Assembly (NCBI GenBank): GCA_014859265.1
Contig: JACUUN010000001.1
Span: 9,383 to 73,382 of the forward strand
Direction of reading: 5' to 3'
From: Coriobacteriia bacterium
Lineage (GTDB): Bacteria; Actinomycetota; Coriobacteriia; Anaerosomatales; SLCP01
DNA: 64,000 bases
Numbering within the stretch: the first letter of the stretch is position 1; every line of letters starts with the position of its first letter. Positions 8,668-17,403 of the stretch are shown here, piece by piece. The notes under the pieces are model-generated. The model was not told the DNA's origin. It did not search any database and worked only from the letters and a program-made list of their open reading frames with translations. The translations under genes were made by a program, and so were the position numbers.

Positions 8668-10615
8668 GTGGCATCGACTCCTTCTCGGGCTCTCCTTTCG
8701 CCGCCAGGCGTTCGACGGCGCGTCGCGCCAGGAACCTCAGCTCCTTGTTCTTCCGCCCAATCAGGAACCGCCGCTTCGACCAGCGGTCCAACACCGGGAC
8801 GGCGTCACGCGAGCCGACAGACTCCAGGCACTTTATCACTTCCTTCTTCAGCTCGTGGTTCCTTTCGAGCACGTTGATGTCCTCGAGGATGCGGACGAGG
8901 GACGGGATGGCCTCGGTGGCCTGCACGCGCCCGACCTCGCGGATCGCCCATCGGCGTGTCTCGGGATCCCAGTGCCCGAGGGCCTTCGCCAGCGCGCGGC
9001 GGCTCTCAGGGCCGTTTATGTCGGCGAGCGTGGTCACCGCGCGGTGCCGCACCTCGACGTCGAGGTGCTCGAGCGCCGCGGTCACCACAAGCAGCACCTG
9101 CTGCTCGCCGAGGTCGGGCAGGGCGGACAGTATGCCGATGGCGGTCGCGGAGTCGTCGGAGCGCAGTCTACGGGAGGCGACGCTGACAACCTGCTCGGAC
9201 ATGCCGCGCAGCACAGGGCGTAGGAGCGAGCGGGAGGCCGAGCCGGCGCGCGCGTAGTGGGAGAGCAGCACGTTCGCGCCGGTCCTCCCGGTCGAGGAGA
9301 GCAGCTCTCCGGCGATAGCGGCGTCGGCATCGGTGGAGACCCTGCGGCACACCTCGGCCAGCACCTCGGGGTCGGCGAGGGCCGTGCGAGCCATCTCGGC
9401 CTCACCCGCGAGCACCGGATTGGCGGCCAGCGCATCGATAGTGCGTAGTGCCTCGCGAACGGTAGAGAGCGCACCGGATTGCGCTGCCGGGGCGAGCGCC
9501 TCCCCGAGCGCGCGTATTGAATCGGCATCGGCGTGGTTGCGGACCACTGCGATGGTGGTCACGAGCGCCTTGCCCGCTCTGGTCTGCCCGGCCTCGTTCT
9601 TGAGCTGCTCGAGGTCGGCCTCGCCACCGGGCGCCAGCGCCTCGACAGCCATTCGCTCGACAGCAGGGTCGGCCGGAACTCCGCACTCGGCCTCGGTGCG
9701 TGGGGAGGGTGCGAGGAAAGCTGCAAGTTCGCGTGCCGCCTCCGGCGGGAGCTCGAGGGGCATGGCGAGCATCTCGGGCTTGACTCCACACTGGGTAGAG
9801 GCCATGCGCAGCAGGCGCGCGATAGTAGCGGGCGACATCCGCGCGATAACGTCGAGCATGCCGCGCATCGGGCGCTTGGCCGCATCGGCGGTCATAGCGG
9901 AGAGCAGGATGCGCACACGCTCGTCCTCGCTCAGGCGCATCATGGCATCAGCGATGCGGGAGGAGGCCAGGTCCCGGGTGGCCTGTTCGAGCTGGCCGAT
10001 AGCGCGGGCGGCCTCGTCGAAGGCGCCTTCGGTGCCGGCTGCGGCGTACCAGCGCGCTGTCGCCGCGAGTGTCTCCTGCGCCACCTCCTCGAGGGGCGCG
10101 TTGATGAGATCGACTCCGAGCAGGCCTGCCTCGGTGGAGGACCGCAGGCTCACCTCGATGACCGCGATGGTGCTTGCGCCTGCTGCGGTAAGTGCGCTCC
10201 GCGGCCCGCCCGCAGCGCGCACTTCGCGAGGGTCTCGTCCGGCGACCGAGAGGAACGCGGCAGCCTCGGCCGATTGTAGTCCGGGAGCGATGACGAGCTG
10301 GCCCACCTGCATGGCGTGCAGGCTTTCCGCAAGGCCGACCGTCTGGCTATGGGAGGTCGAGAGTTGCGTCTCTCCCATCCGGAACGCGTGGGGGTCGACG
10401 AGCAGGCGCACCGTGCCTAGCTCGCCGGTGACCTCGTTGGTACGCGTGACGAGGCGGTCAAGCGCCTGCTGCGGGAGGTCGCTCGACGGGGGATAGAGGC
10501 GCGCGGCGTTGACTGCGGATGCAAGCAACCGCAGTACCTCCTCGACTTTGGGGTAGTCACGTGCTTCCACGTATGCTCTCCTCACGGACATGCCACACCC
10601 GTCGCATGTTCCCAT
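8660..10615 (-). CDS. HEAT/PBS-lyase repeat protein, co-translated with the HD-GYP protein
   Basis: C-terminal HEAT-like repeats ('AVTTLADINGPESRRALAKALGHWDPETRRWAIREVGRV', 'AIPSLVRILED'). The N-terminal ~100 aa align to the N-terminus of the downstream HD-GYP protein. The start is ambiguous between ATG 10615 and ATG 10591. Confidence 0.75.
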   Translation of the reverse strand: MGTCDGCGMSVRRAYVEARDYPKVEEVLRLLASAVNAARLYPPSSDLPQQALDRLVTRTNEVTGELGTVRLLVDPHAFRMGETQLSTSHSQTVGLAESLHAMQVGQLVIAPGLQSAEAAAFLSVAGRDPREVRAAGGPRSALTAAGASTIAVIEVSLRSSTEAGLLGVDLINAPLEEVAQETLAATARWYAAAGTEGAFDEAARAIGQLEQATRDLASSRIADAMMRLSEDERVRILLSAMTADAAKRPMRGMLDVIARMSPATIARLLRMASTQCGVKPEMLAMPLELPPEAARELAAFLAPSPRTEAECGVPADPAVERMAVEALAPGGEADLEQLKNEAGQTRAGKALVTTIAVVRNHADADSIRALGEALAPAAQSGALSTVREALRTIDALAANPVLAGEAEMARTALADPEVLAEVCRRVSTDADAAIAGELLSSTGRTGANVLLSHYARAGSASRSLLRPVLRGMSEQVVSVASRRLRSDDSATAIGILSALPDLGEQQVLLVVTAALEHLDVEVRHRAVTTLADINGPESRRALAKALGHWDPETRRWAIREVGRVQATEAIPSLVRILEDINVLERNHELKKEVIKCLESVGSRDAVPVLDRWSKRRFLIGRKNKELRFLARRAVERLAAKGEPEKESMPRD

Positions 10616-10789
10616 GCTACCTGTTTGTGTATCGGTATCGGGAAATGAGAGTGTGAGTGTTATTGTCGCGCGTCCACGGGCGATATGGAGACGAGGGAAG
10701 CTTCGCAGACAATTGGGCGAAGGTTCGAGGCGTCATCAGCCGATAAACGAAGCAGGACCAGTGCGCGACCCTGGAGCTGCCCGGTGCCG

Positions 10790-11278
10790 ATGCACAGCGA
10801 CATGCACTACCGCACGATTGCCGTTGAAGCGATCCGGCGTGCCGTGATTACCGAGCCGCCGGTGCCGGTCGAGCGTCTCGCGGCGAGCTTGGGCGTGCCC
10901 GTGCGCGAAGTGCACCTGCCGGCCTTCTTCTCAGGCGCCATCATCGCCGAGGATGGTATGCCGGTGGCCCTTATCAACTCCGCGCTCGGGGAGGGCACGC
11001 GCAGGCGGACGCTTGCGCACCTCCTCGGCCACGTGCTTATAGTGCTCGCTGACCCGGTCGAGTCGTATCCCCGCAACTCGGTCCCGAACCATCGCGAGGC
11101 TGAAGCCGCTGCGAGCGAACTGCTCCTTCCCGAGCCTCTCGTACGTGAACAGGCCAGGAAGTGGTTCAACGACCACCGCTATCTGGCGCGGCTGTTCGGG
11201 GTGAACGAGAACGAGATGACGCACCGGATGCGCGAGCTGGGCATCATCAAAGCACGAGATGTCCTCTGGGACTACTGA
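10790..11278 (+). CDS. ImmA/IrrE-like (DUF955) protein lacking the catalytic Glu
   Basis: Family-typical 'PVPVERLAASLGVPV', 'RRRTLAHLLGHVL' and 'EAEAAASELLLPEPLV'. The HExxH motif reads HLLGH. I chose the start at ATG 10790; the tracked ORF starts at 10685. Confidence 0.75.
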   Translation: MHSDMHYRTIAVEAIRRAVITEPPVPVERLAASLGVPVREVHLPAFFSGAIIAEDGMPVALINSALGEGTRRRTLAHLLGHVLIVLADPVESYPRNSVPNHREAEAAASELLLPEPLVREQARKWFNDHRYLARLFGVNENEMTHRMRELGIIKARDVLWDY

Positions 11279-11350
11279 TATCATCGGGGCGTCACTGTGC
11301 GTGGCCGGGGGCTTCGTCGGGGCGTGCCCGCACCGTTCCAAGGAGGTTCC

Positions 11351-12325
11351 ATGCGCACATCGTTCGCAATCGGGGTCGACGTCGGTGGCACACGGATTGC
11401 GGCGGGGCTCGTCGAACGGAAGGGGCGGGTCGTCAAGGACACCCGCACGTCTACGCCACGCAACGGGCCGTTCGCCATCGTCGACGCAATCATCGAAGCC
11501 GTCGAACAGGTGAGCCCGGGTGTGCATGCCAGCGAGATCGCGGGCATCGGTATTGGCCTGCCAGCGCAGGTGGACTTCCTCAAGCAGTCGGTCGAGTTCT
11601 GTACGAACCTGCCACTCGCCGGGGTCGACGTACGCTCGCTCGTGCTCTCCCGTGTGCACCACGAGGTGACGCTCGACAACGACGGCAACCTCGCTGCCAA
11701 CGGCGAGTTTCGTTTCGGGACGGCGAAAGGCGCGCGCGACTTCCTCATGCTGACCATCGGTACGGGTGTTGGCGGCGGCCTGTTCGTGAACGGTGAGCCG
11801 TATCGCGGCTCACGCGGGATGGGTGGCGAGGTCGGACACATGGTGGTCCAGATGGACGGCCCCCCGTGCCCCTGTGGCGGGCGGGGCCACCTCGAGAGCT
11901 ATCTGAGTCGACCGGTGATTGCGGCCCGTGGGCAGGAGGTGGCGCGCGCGTTCAAAGGCCGGGCGATACTCGAAGAGGCTGGCGGGAAAGTCGAAGACAT
12001 CACCGCCGAGGCGGTCGTGCGCGCATCGCTCAAGGGCGACGAGGTGGCGCGGCAGATCATGCTCGATGCGGGCGAGGTGCTCGGCAGAGCGCTCGTCGGT
12101 CTCGTGAACCTTCTCAACCCGCGGCTCGTGGTCGTGGGTGGCGGCATCGGCGAGTCCTGCGCGTTCATGGTGGAGCGCGCCGCCGAGGTAGTGAACGGCG
12201 AGGCCCTCGCGGGCCGCCGGGATGTGGTGTTCCAGCAGGCCGGGCTCGGCAACGATGCAGGCATCCTCGGCGCTGCTGCGCTCGCGTTCGACGAGCACGA
12301 TTCAAGAGAGGGGCTGCACCGGTGA
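11351..12325 (+). CDS. glk: ROK-family glucokinase
   Basis: 'IGVDVGGTRIAAGLV' ATP-binding motif and ROK zinc motif 'CPCGGRGHLESY'. AGGAGG RBS lies before the ATG at 11351. Confidence 0.85.
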   Translation: MRTSFAIGVDVGGTRIAAGLVERKGRVVKDTRTSTPRNGPFAIVDAIIEAVEQVSPGVHASEIAGIGIGLPAQVDFLKQSVEFCTNLPLAGVDVRSLVLSRVHHEVTLDNDGNLAANGEFRFGTAKGARDFLMLTIGTGVGGGLFVNGEPYRGSRGMGGEVGHMVVQMDGPPCPCGGRGHLESYLSRPVIAARGQEVARAFKGRAILEEAGGKVEDITAEAVVRASLKGDEVARQIMLDAGEVLGRALVGLVNLLNPRLVVVGGGIGESCAFMVERAAEVVNGEALAGRRDVVFQQAGLGNDAGILGAAALAFDEHDSREGLHR

Positions 12326-13440
12326 GCGCAGAGAAGGCCCGGGTATGGTTCGCGCCGGTGCGCTCACCGGGCAAGAAGAGCCTGGTGGCGCGCGCGGGCG
12401 GACTACTGGACCACGCCGGCCTGCGCCGTGCCGTTGCCGAGGACGATCTCGTTGCCGTGAAGTTGCACTTCGGCGAGGCGGGCAACACCGGGTTCGTGCA
12501 GCCGGTCTTCGTGCGCGAGGTCGTCGCCCGCATTAAGGCCGCCGGTGGCAAGCCGTTCCTCACCGATGCGAACACCCTCTATCGCGGCGAGCGTGCGAAC
12601 GCGGTCGACCACCTCGCGTGCGCGCTGCACAACGGCTTCTCCTACGCCACCGTCGAGGCGCCGATCGTCATCGCTGACGGTCTGGACGGGCGCGAGTCGG
12701 TGGACGTGCCGATAGTCGGCGGCACACACTTCGAGAGCGTTCGTATCGGCTCGGCGGCGGTGCACGCGGACGCGATGGTGGTCGTCACTCACGTGAAGGG
12801 CCACGAAGCCACCGGGTTCGGCGGGGCGCTCAAGAACGTCGGGATGGGGCTGGGATGCCGCTCGGCCAAGCAGCGCATGCACGCCGACTTCAAGCCCGAG
12901 GTCACTGCCGAGCACTGCACGGCATGCAACAGGTGCGTCCGCTGGTGCCCGGTAGACGCGATCGCCATCGGACCGGACCGGGTGGCCGTCATCGACTACG
13001 AGGTGTGCTACGGCTGTGGTGAGTGCGTTGCCGCATGCTCCTACGGGGCTATCGCGGCCCAGTGGAAGACCACGCCCGAGGCCATCCAGGAGAAGATCGC
13101 CGAGCACGTCGCCGGTGCGGTTGCGGGCAAGGAGGACAAGGTCGTCTGCCTCTCCTTCATCACCAACGTCACACCCGACTGCGACTGCTGGAACTTCTCG
13201 GATGCGGCAGTCGTGCCCGACATCGGCGTGCTCGCCTCGACCGACCCCGTCGCCATCGACCAGGCCGCATATGACCTGGTCACTGCTGCGCCCGGGCTGC
13301 CGGGCACTCGCGGTGAGAAGACGGGCGCGGGCGAGGACACCTTCCGCTCCATCACCGGCATCGACGGGACCCATGCGATGGCGCACGCCGAGGCGCTCGG
13401 CCTCGGCACGAGGTCATACGAGCTCAAGCGGGTAGACTGA
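12322..13440 (+). CDS. DUF362 domain protein with an inserted 2x[4Fe-4S] ferredoxin domain
   Basis: 'CTACNRCVRWCP' and 'CYGCGECVAACS' ferredoxin motifs sit inside a DUF362-like frame ('VAVKLHFGEAGN', 'TDANTLY'). GTGA overlap with the glk stop. Confidence 0.8.
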   Translation: MSAEKARVWFAPVRSPGKKSLVARAGGLLDHAGLRRAVAEDDLVAVKLHFGEAGNTGFVQPVFVREVVARIKAAGGKPFLTDANTLYRGERANAVDHLACALHNGFSYATVEAPIVIADGLDGRESVDVPIVGGTHFESVRIGSAAVHADAMVVVTHVKGHEATGFGGALKNVGMGLGCRSAKQRMHADFKPEVTAEHCTACNRCVRWCPVDAIAIGPDRVAVIDYEVCYGCGECVAACSYGAIAAQWKTTPEAIQEKIAEHVAGAVAGKEDKVVCLSFITNVTPDCDCWNFSDAAVVPDIGVLASTDPVAIDQAAYDLVTAAPGLPGTRGEKTGAGEDTFRSITGIDGTHAMAHAEALGLGTRSYELKRVD

Positions 13441-13492
13441 CCTGGGAGAGTGGTCGTGCCTGACAGGGGCACCGCAGGGACGGAGGAGCACC

Positions 13493-14581
13493 GTGGACCA
13501 CATAGGGATTCTCAAGCGTGCATGGCACATCACGTGGAGGTATCGGATCCTCTGGCTCTTCGGGCTGTTCGCCGGCGGCGCCGGGGGAGGAAGCGGAGGC
13601 GGCGGAAGCAGCAACATCTCCGGTAGCGGGGACGTCGACTGGCTGCCGATGCGCGAGATCGAGCGAGTCGGCTGGTGGATTCAGGACAATATCGCGCTTG
13701 TCGTCGCGGTAGCCGCCTTCTTCGCGGTGCTCGGGTTCGGCATGTTCATCCTGAGCATCGCCGCCAAGGGTGGGCTCGTCTTCCTCGTGAACGAGGCCGA
13801 GGAGCAGCGCCCGGTCCGCGGCATGGACGGGTGGGCGGCCGGCTTCCGCAATTGGTTGAAGGTGTTCGGTATCGGGTTCGTGCTCTTCGTACCCTACATC
13901 GTACTCGTGGTGCTCGTACTCTTCGCCTCCCTCGCGCCGATCGTCGCGCCGTTCATCAGCGGTGGGCAACCCGGTCTCGAGGCTTTCGCGGGCATGTGCG
14001 GCGGGCTTGCGCTCGGCGGACTGATGCTCTTGCTGCTCGGCATCCTCGTCGGGCTGCTCGACACGCTCGCGGTGCGCCATGCAGTGCTGGACTCAAGCGG
14101 TGTATTCGGTTCAATCGGCAGCGCGTGGCGAGACGTGCGCATCCGTTTCAAGGACGTCTTCGTGATGTGGCTGCTCATGATCGCCGTCGGTCTTGCGTTC
14201 GGGGTTCTGGTGGGCTTCGCTGCCGCGCTCTTCGTGTTCGGCATCGTCGCAGCGGTGTTCGCCGAGGAGCTCGTCGTCGCGGCTGCGATCGGTTTCGCGC
14301 TCTTCCTCTTCCTGCTGTTGCCGACCGCGATTTACGGCGCCTTCACCTCCGCGGCGTGGACGGTCTTCTTCCGCAGATTGACCGGCCGCGAGGTCGTCGA
14401 GGCCGCACCGCGGCCCGGGTATACGCCGCCGCTTGCGCCCGGCGCACCCACGCCAGTGCCTCCAGCCGCTCCAGCGCCTCCGGTAGCCCCCGCACCACCC
14501 GCTGCTCCGGTCGAGCCGCCTCCGGTCGCACCGCCCGCGGCACCGCCCGCCCCGCCACGCACGCCGGAGGACCGGGAGTAG
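13493..14581 (+). CDS. Polytopic membrane protein with a Gly-rich loop and a Pro/Ala-rich C-terminal tail
   Basis: At least 6 hydrophobic segments. The 'GGAGGGSGGGGSS' loop and the last ~60 aa are low-complexity P/A. No family assigned. Confidence 0.65.
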   Translation: MDHIGILKRAWHITWRYRILWLFGLFAGGAGGGSGGGGSSNISGSGDVDWLPMREIERVGWWIQDNIALVVAVAAFFAVLGFGMFILSIAAKGGLVFLVNEAEEQRPVRGMDGWAAGFRNWLKVFGIGFVLFVPYIVLVVLVLFASLAPIVAPFISGGQPGLEAFAGMCGGLALGGLMLLLLGILVGLLDTLAVRHAVLDSSGVFGSIGSAWRDVRIRFKDVFVMWLLMIAVGLAFGVLVGFAAALFVFGIVAAVFAEELVVAAAIGFALFLFLLLPTAIYGAFTSAAWTVFFRRLTGREVVEAAPRPGYTPPLAPGAPTPVPPAAPAPPVAPAPPAAPVEPPPVAPPAAPPAPPRTPEDRE

Positions 14582-14584
14582 GGG

Positions 14585-15451
14585 ATGTCCGCCGGACGCC
14601 TCTCGGTGTGCGCCACGCCCATCGGCAACCTGGGCGATGTGACGCTGCGCGTGCTCGACGCGCTCCGGGAGGCCGATCTCATCGCGGCCGAGGACACCCG
14701 CATCACCCGCAGGCTGCTCGCCCGGCATGGTATCGGGACGCCGCTCGAGCCGTACCACGCACACAACCTCGAGCGGCGCACGCCCGCGCTCGTGAAGCGC
14801 ATAACGGCAGGCGCCCACGTGGCGCTCGTGTCCGACGCCGGGACGCCCGGCGTCTCCGACCCGGGGGCGCACCTCGTCGACGCCTGCCGAGCGGCCGGTG
14901 TCCCGGTCGAGGTCTTGCCGGGTCCCTCGGCTATCGTCACGGCGCTCGTGGCGAGCGGGTTGCCGACGCACGCGTTCTACTTCGGCGGTTTTCTGCCGCG
15001 CAAGTCAGGGGAGCGCCGGTCGCGGCTCGAGTCGCTCGCCGACCTCGACGCCACGCTCGTCTTCTACGAGTCGCCGCGCAGGGCGGCCGCTACGCTCGAG
15101 ACGATCGCCGTGGTGCTTCCAGGACGCGAGGCCGCTATGGCGCGCGAGCTCACCAAGGTGTACGAGGAGGTCGCGCGCGGGCCGGTCGAGGTGCTGGCGG
15201 CCGAGCTCGCGGGCCGCGGGCTCAAGGGCGAGGTCGTTCTGCTCGTGGGGCCACCACCACGGGGAAGCGGCCGCAAGCCGATTGACCCGGAAGCGGTACG
15301 GCAGCGCCTACAGGAGTTTGAGGCAGGAGGCATGTCGCGCTCGACGGCGGTCAGGCAGGTGGCTGCCGACCTCGGCGTGCCGCGCAACGACGTCTACCGC
15401 ATCGCACATGGGACCTACGGGCGGGACGAGGGCCCCGCTACCTCTGCTTGA
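14585..15451 (+). CDS. rsmI: 16S rRNA (cytidine1402-2'-O)-methyltransferase
   Basis: 'LSVCATPIGNLGDVTLRVLDALREADLIAAEDTR' is the RsmI N-terminal signature. Confidence 0.9.
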   Translation: MSAGRLSVCATPIGNLGDVTLRVLDALREADLIAAEDTRITRRLLARHGIGTPLEPYHAHNLERRTPALVKRITAGAHVALVSDAGTPGVSDPGAHLVDACRAAGVPVEVLPGPSAIVTALVASGLPTHAFYFGGFLPRKSGERRSRLESLADLDATLVFYESPRRAAATLETIAVVLPGREAAMARELTKVYEEVARGPVEVLAAELAGRGLKGEVVLLVGPPPRGSGRKPIDPEAVRQRLQEFEAGGMSRSTAVRQVAADLGVPRNDVYRIAHGTYGRDEGPATSA

Positions 15452-15680
15452 TGGTGCGGATGCAATCTCCGCAGATGGGGCGCTCTTTGATCTCGACGAT
15501 GTCGTCGGGGCTGCCGCAGATCGCGCAGACGTCGGTGTGCTTCTGGAGTATGATGCGCTCGCCATCGACCATGATGGCCATCGGGTCTTTGACGTGGATA
15601 CCGAGGGTGCGCCGCAGTTCCATCGGAATCACAATCCGACCCAGGTCGTCGACCCGCCGGACGATACCCGTATCGTTCAT
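15438..15680 (-). CDS. abrB: AbrB/SpoVT-family transition-state regulator with C-terminal CxxC..CxxC
   Basis: 'TGIVRRVDDLGRIVIPMELRRTLGI' is near-identical to the B. subtilis AbrB swapped-hairpin domain. The C-terminus carries 'CAICG...CGDC'. The 3' end overlaps rsmI convergently by 14 nt. Confidence 0.85.
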   Translation of the reverse strand: MNDTGIVRRVDDLGRIVIPMELRRTLGIHVKDPMAIMVDGERIILQKHTDVCAICGSPDDIVEIKERPICGDCIRTIKQR

Positions 15681-15808
15681 GGTGCCCCCCAGCTTCCGGT
15701 GATTCGGTTCTTCCGCTCACTCGGCGTCCGGTTTGGTTAGAATCAGGTGGTGTCTCCGAGGGAACCGGTTCTCTTCCAAGATTACCCAACTACGGGAGTC
15801 CTAAACAG

Positions 15809-17374
15809 ATGAGCGATTCGTCCTTCTACCTCACCACCCCGATCTACTACGTGAACTCCGTTCCGCATCTGGGAACGGCGTATACGACGCTTGCCGCGGA
15901 TGCGCTTGCGCGCTACCGTCGCATGACCGGTCACGACGTGCACTTTCTCACCGGTCTGGACGAGCACGGCCAGAAGGTGGCGCGGGCCGCCGAGGAGGCA
16001 GGCGTCACGCCGCAGGAGTGGGTCGATTCAATCGCGCCCGCGTTCACAGAGGCGTGGGGGATGCTCGCCGTTTCCAACGACGACTTCATCCGTACGACCG
16101 AGGTGCGTCACAAGCGCGGCGTGCAGGCGTTCTGGACCGAGCTCTACGATCGCGGCTATCTCTACCAGGGCCACTACGAGGGTTGGTACTGCGTCCCGTG
16201 TGAGACCTACTTCTCCGACGACCAGGTCAACGAGCACGAGTGCCCCTCCTGCGGGCGTGACGCCACCTTCATCAAGGAAGATAATTGGTTCTTCAAGCTC
16301 TCGGAGTTCGGCGACCGGCTTCTGGAGCTTTACGAGACCCGCGCCGCCGAAGGGCGGTCCTTCATCCGGCCCGAGACTCGCTCCAACGAGGTCGTCTCCT
16401 TCGTGAAAGGTGGGCTGAAGGATCTCTCCGTCTCGCGGACCACGTTCACGTGGGGCGTGCCCCTGCCCTTCGGCGAGGGCCACGTCACCTACGTGTGGAT
16501 CGATGCCCTGCTCAACTACATTACCGCCATCGGCTACGGTGACCCGGCGAAGGCCGCCGAGTTCGAGCGCCGCTGGCCCGCCCAGTACCACTTCGTCGGC
16601 AAGGACATCATCCGCTTCCACTGCGTGATCTGGCCGGCGATGCTCATGGCCGCCGGCCTCGAGGTGCCCGAGTGCGTGTATGCGCACGGCTTCCTGCTCA
16701 CCAAAGGCGAGAAGATGAGCAAGTCGAAGGGCAACGCCCAGACGCCCGCATCGCTCGTCGAGCGCTTCGGTGTGGACGCCTACCGGTATTACTTCCTGCG
16801 CGACGTGCGCTTCGGCGAAGATGGCTCCATCTCGATGGAGTCGATGGTCCAGCGCTATAACGGCGATCTCGCCAACGACTGGGGCAACCTGTGCTCCAGG
16901 CTCTTCAACATGACCGAGAAGTACCTCGGCGGTGCCGTGCCTGCGCTCCCCGGAGGCCTTGCGACCGAGGCCGACGGTACCTTGCGCGCCATCGCGGAGG
17001 CGCTTCCGCAGCGCTACGAGGCCGCGATGGCCGATCTCGACTACGGTGCGGCCCTTGAGGCCGCGTGGGCGCTTATCAAGTACGTGAACGGCTACATCGA
17101 GGGTGCGGCCCCCTGGAACCTCGCGAAGGCCGAGGAGACACGTTCTCGCCTCGATGCGGTGCTCTTCAACGCGCTCGAGGCGGTGCGCATCGCCGCACTC
17201 TTCTGCGCTCCGGTCATGCCGCTCACGAGCGCCGAGGTCTGGTGTCGGCTCGGTCTTGGCGACATCCACGAGGTCACCGACATCACGGCTGCTGCGGCGT
17301 GGGGTCAGCTTCCCGCTGGCAATACCGTCACCAAGGGCGAGCCGCTCTTCCCGCGCATCTACGAGAACGAGTAG
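15809..17374 (+). CDS. metG: Methionine--tRNA ligase (short form)
   Basis: Class I motifs 'PHLGTAYT' (HIGH-like) and 'KMSKSKGN'. Zn knuckle 'CVPC...CPSC'. Confidence 0.95.
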   Translation: MSDSSFYLTTPIYYVNSVPHLGTAYTTLAADALARYRRMTGHDVHFLTGLDEHGQKVARAAEEAGVTPQEWVDSIAPAFTEAWGMLAVSNDDFIRTTEVRHKRGVQAFWTELYDRGYLYQGHYEGWYCVPCETYFSDDQVNEHECPSCGRDATFIKEDNWFFKLSEFGDRLLELYETRAAEGRSFIRPETRSNEVVSFVKGGLKDLSVSRTTFTWGVPLPFGEGHVTYVWIDALLNYITAIGYGDPAKAAEFERRWPAQYHFVGKDIIRFHCVIWPAMLMAAGLEVPECVYAHGFLLTKGEKMSKSKGNAQTPASLVERFGVDAYRYYFLRDVRFGEDGSISMESMVQRYNGDLANDWGNLCSRLFNMTEKYLGGAVPALPGGLATEADGTLRAIAEALPQRYEAAMADLDYGAALEAAWALIKYVNGYIEGAAPWNLAKAEETRSRLDAVLFNALEAVRIAALFCAPVMPLTSAEVWCRLGLGDIHEVTDITAAAAWGQLPAGNTVTKGEPLFPRIYENE

Positions 17375-17403
17375 ACGGCGGGGCGCCGTACCAAGGAGGG
17401 CAC

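Noticed and set aside
5938-11278. Integrated mobile element or prophage remnant at tRNA-Phe.
   Set aside because: There is no integrase, recombinase or phage gene. I found no direct repeat of the tRNA 3' end by eye. GC and codon usage look like the rest of the window. I kept it only as a low-confidence accessory-islet idea.
15438-15680. AbrB with a C-terminal CxxC..CxxC, considered as a novel zinc-ribbon fusion.
   Set aside because: As far as I recall, the same C-terminal Cys pattern occurs in many clostridial AbrB-like proteins, so it is a known variant rather than a new architecture.
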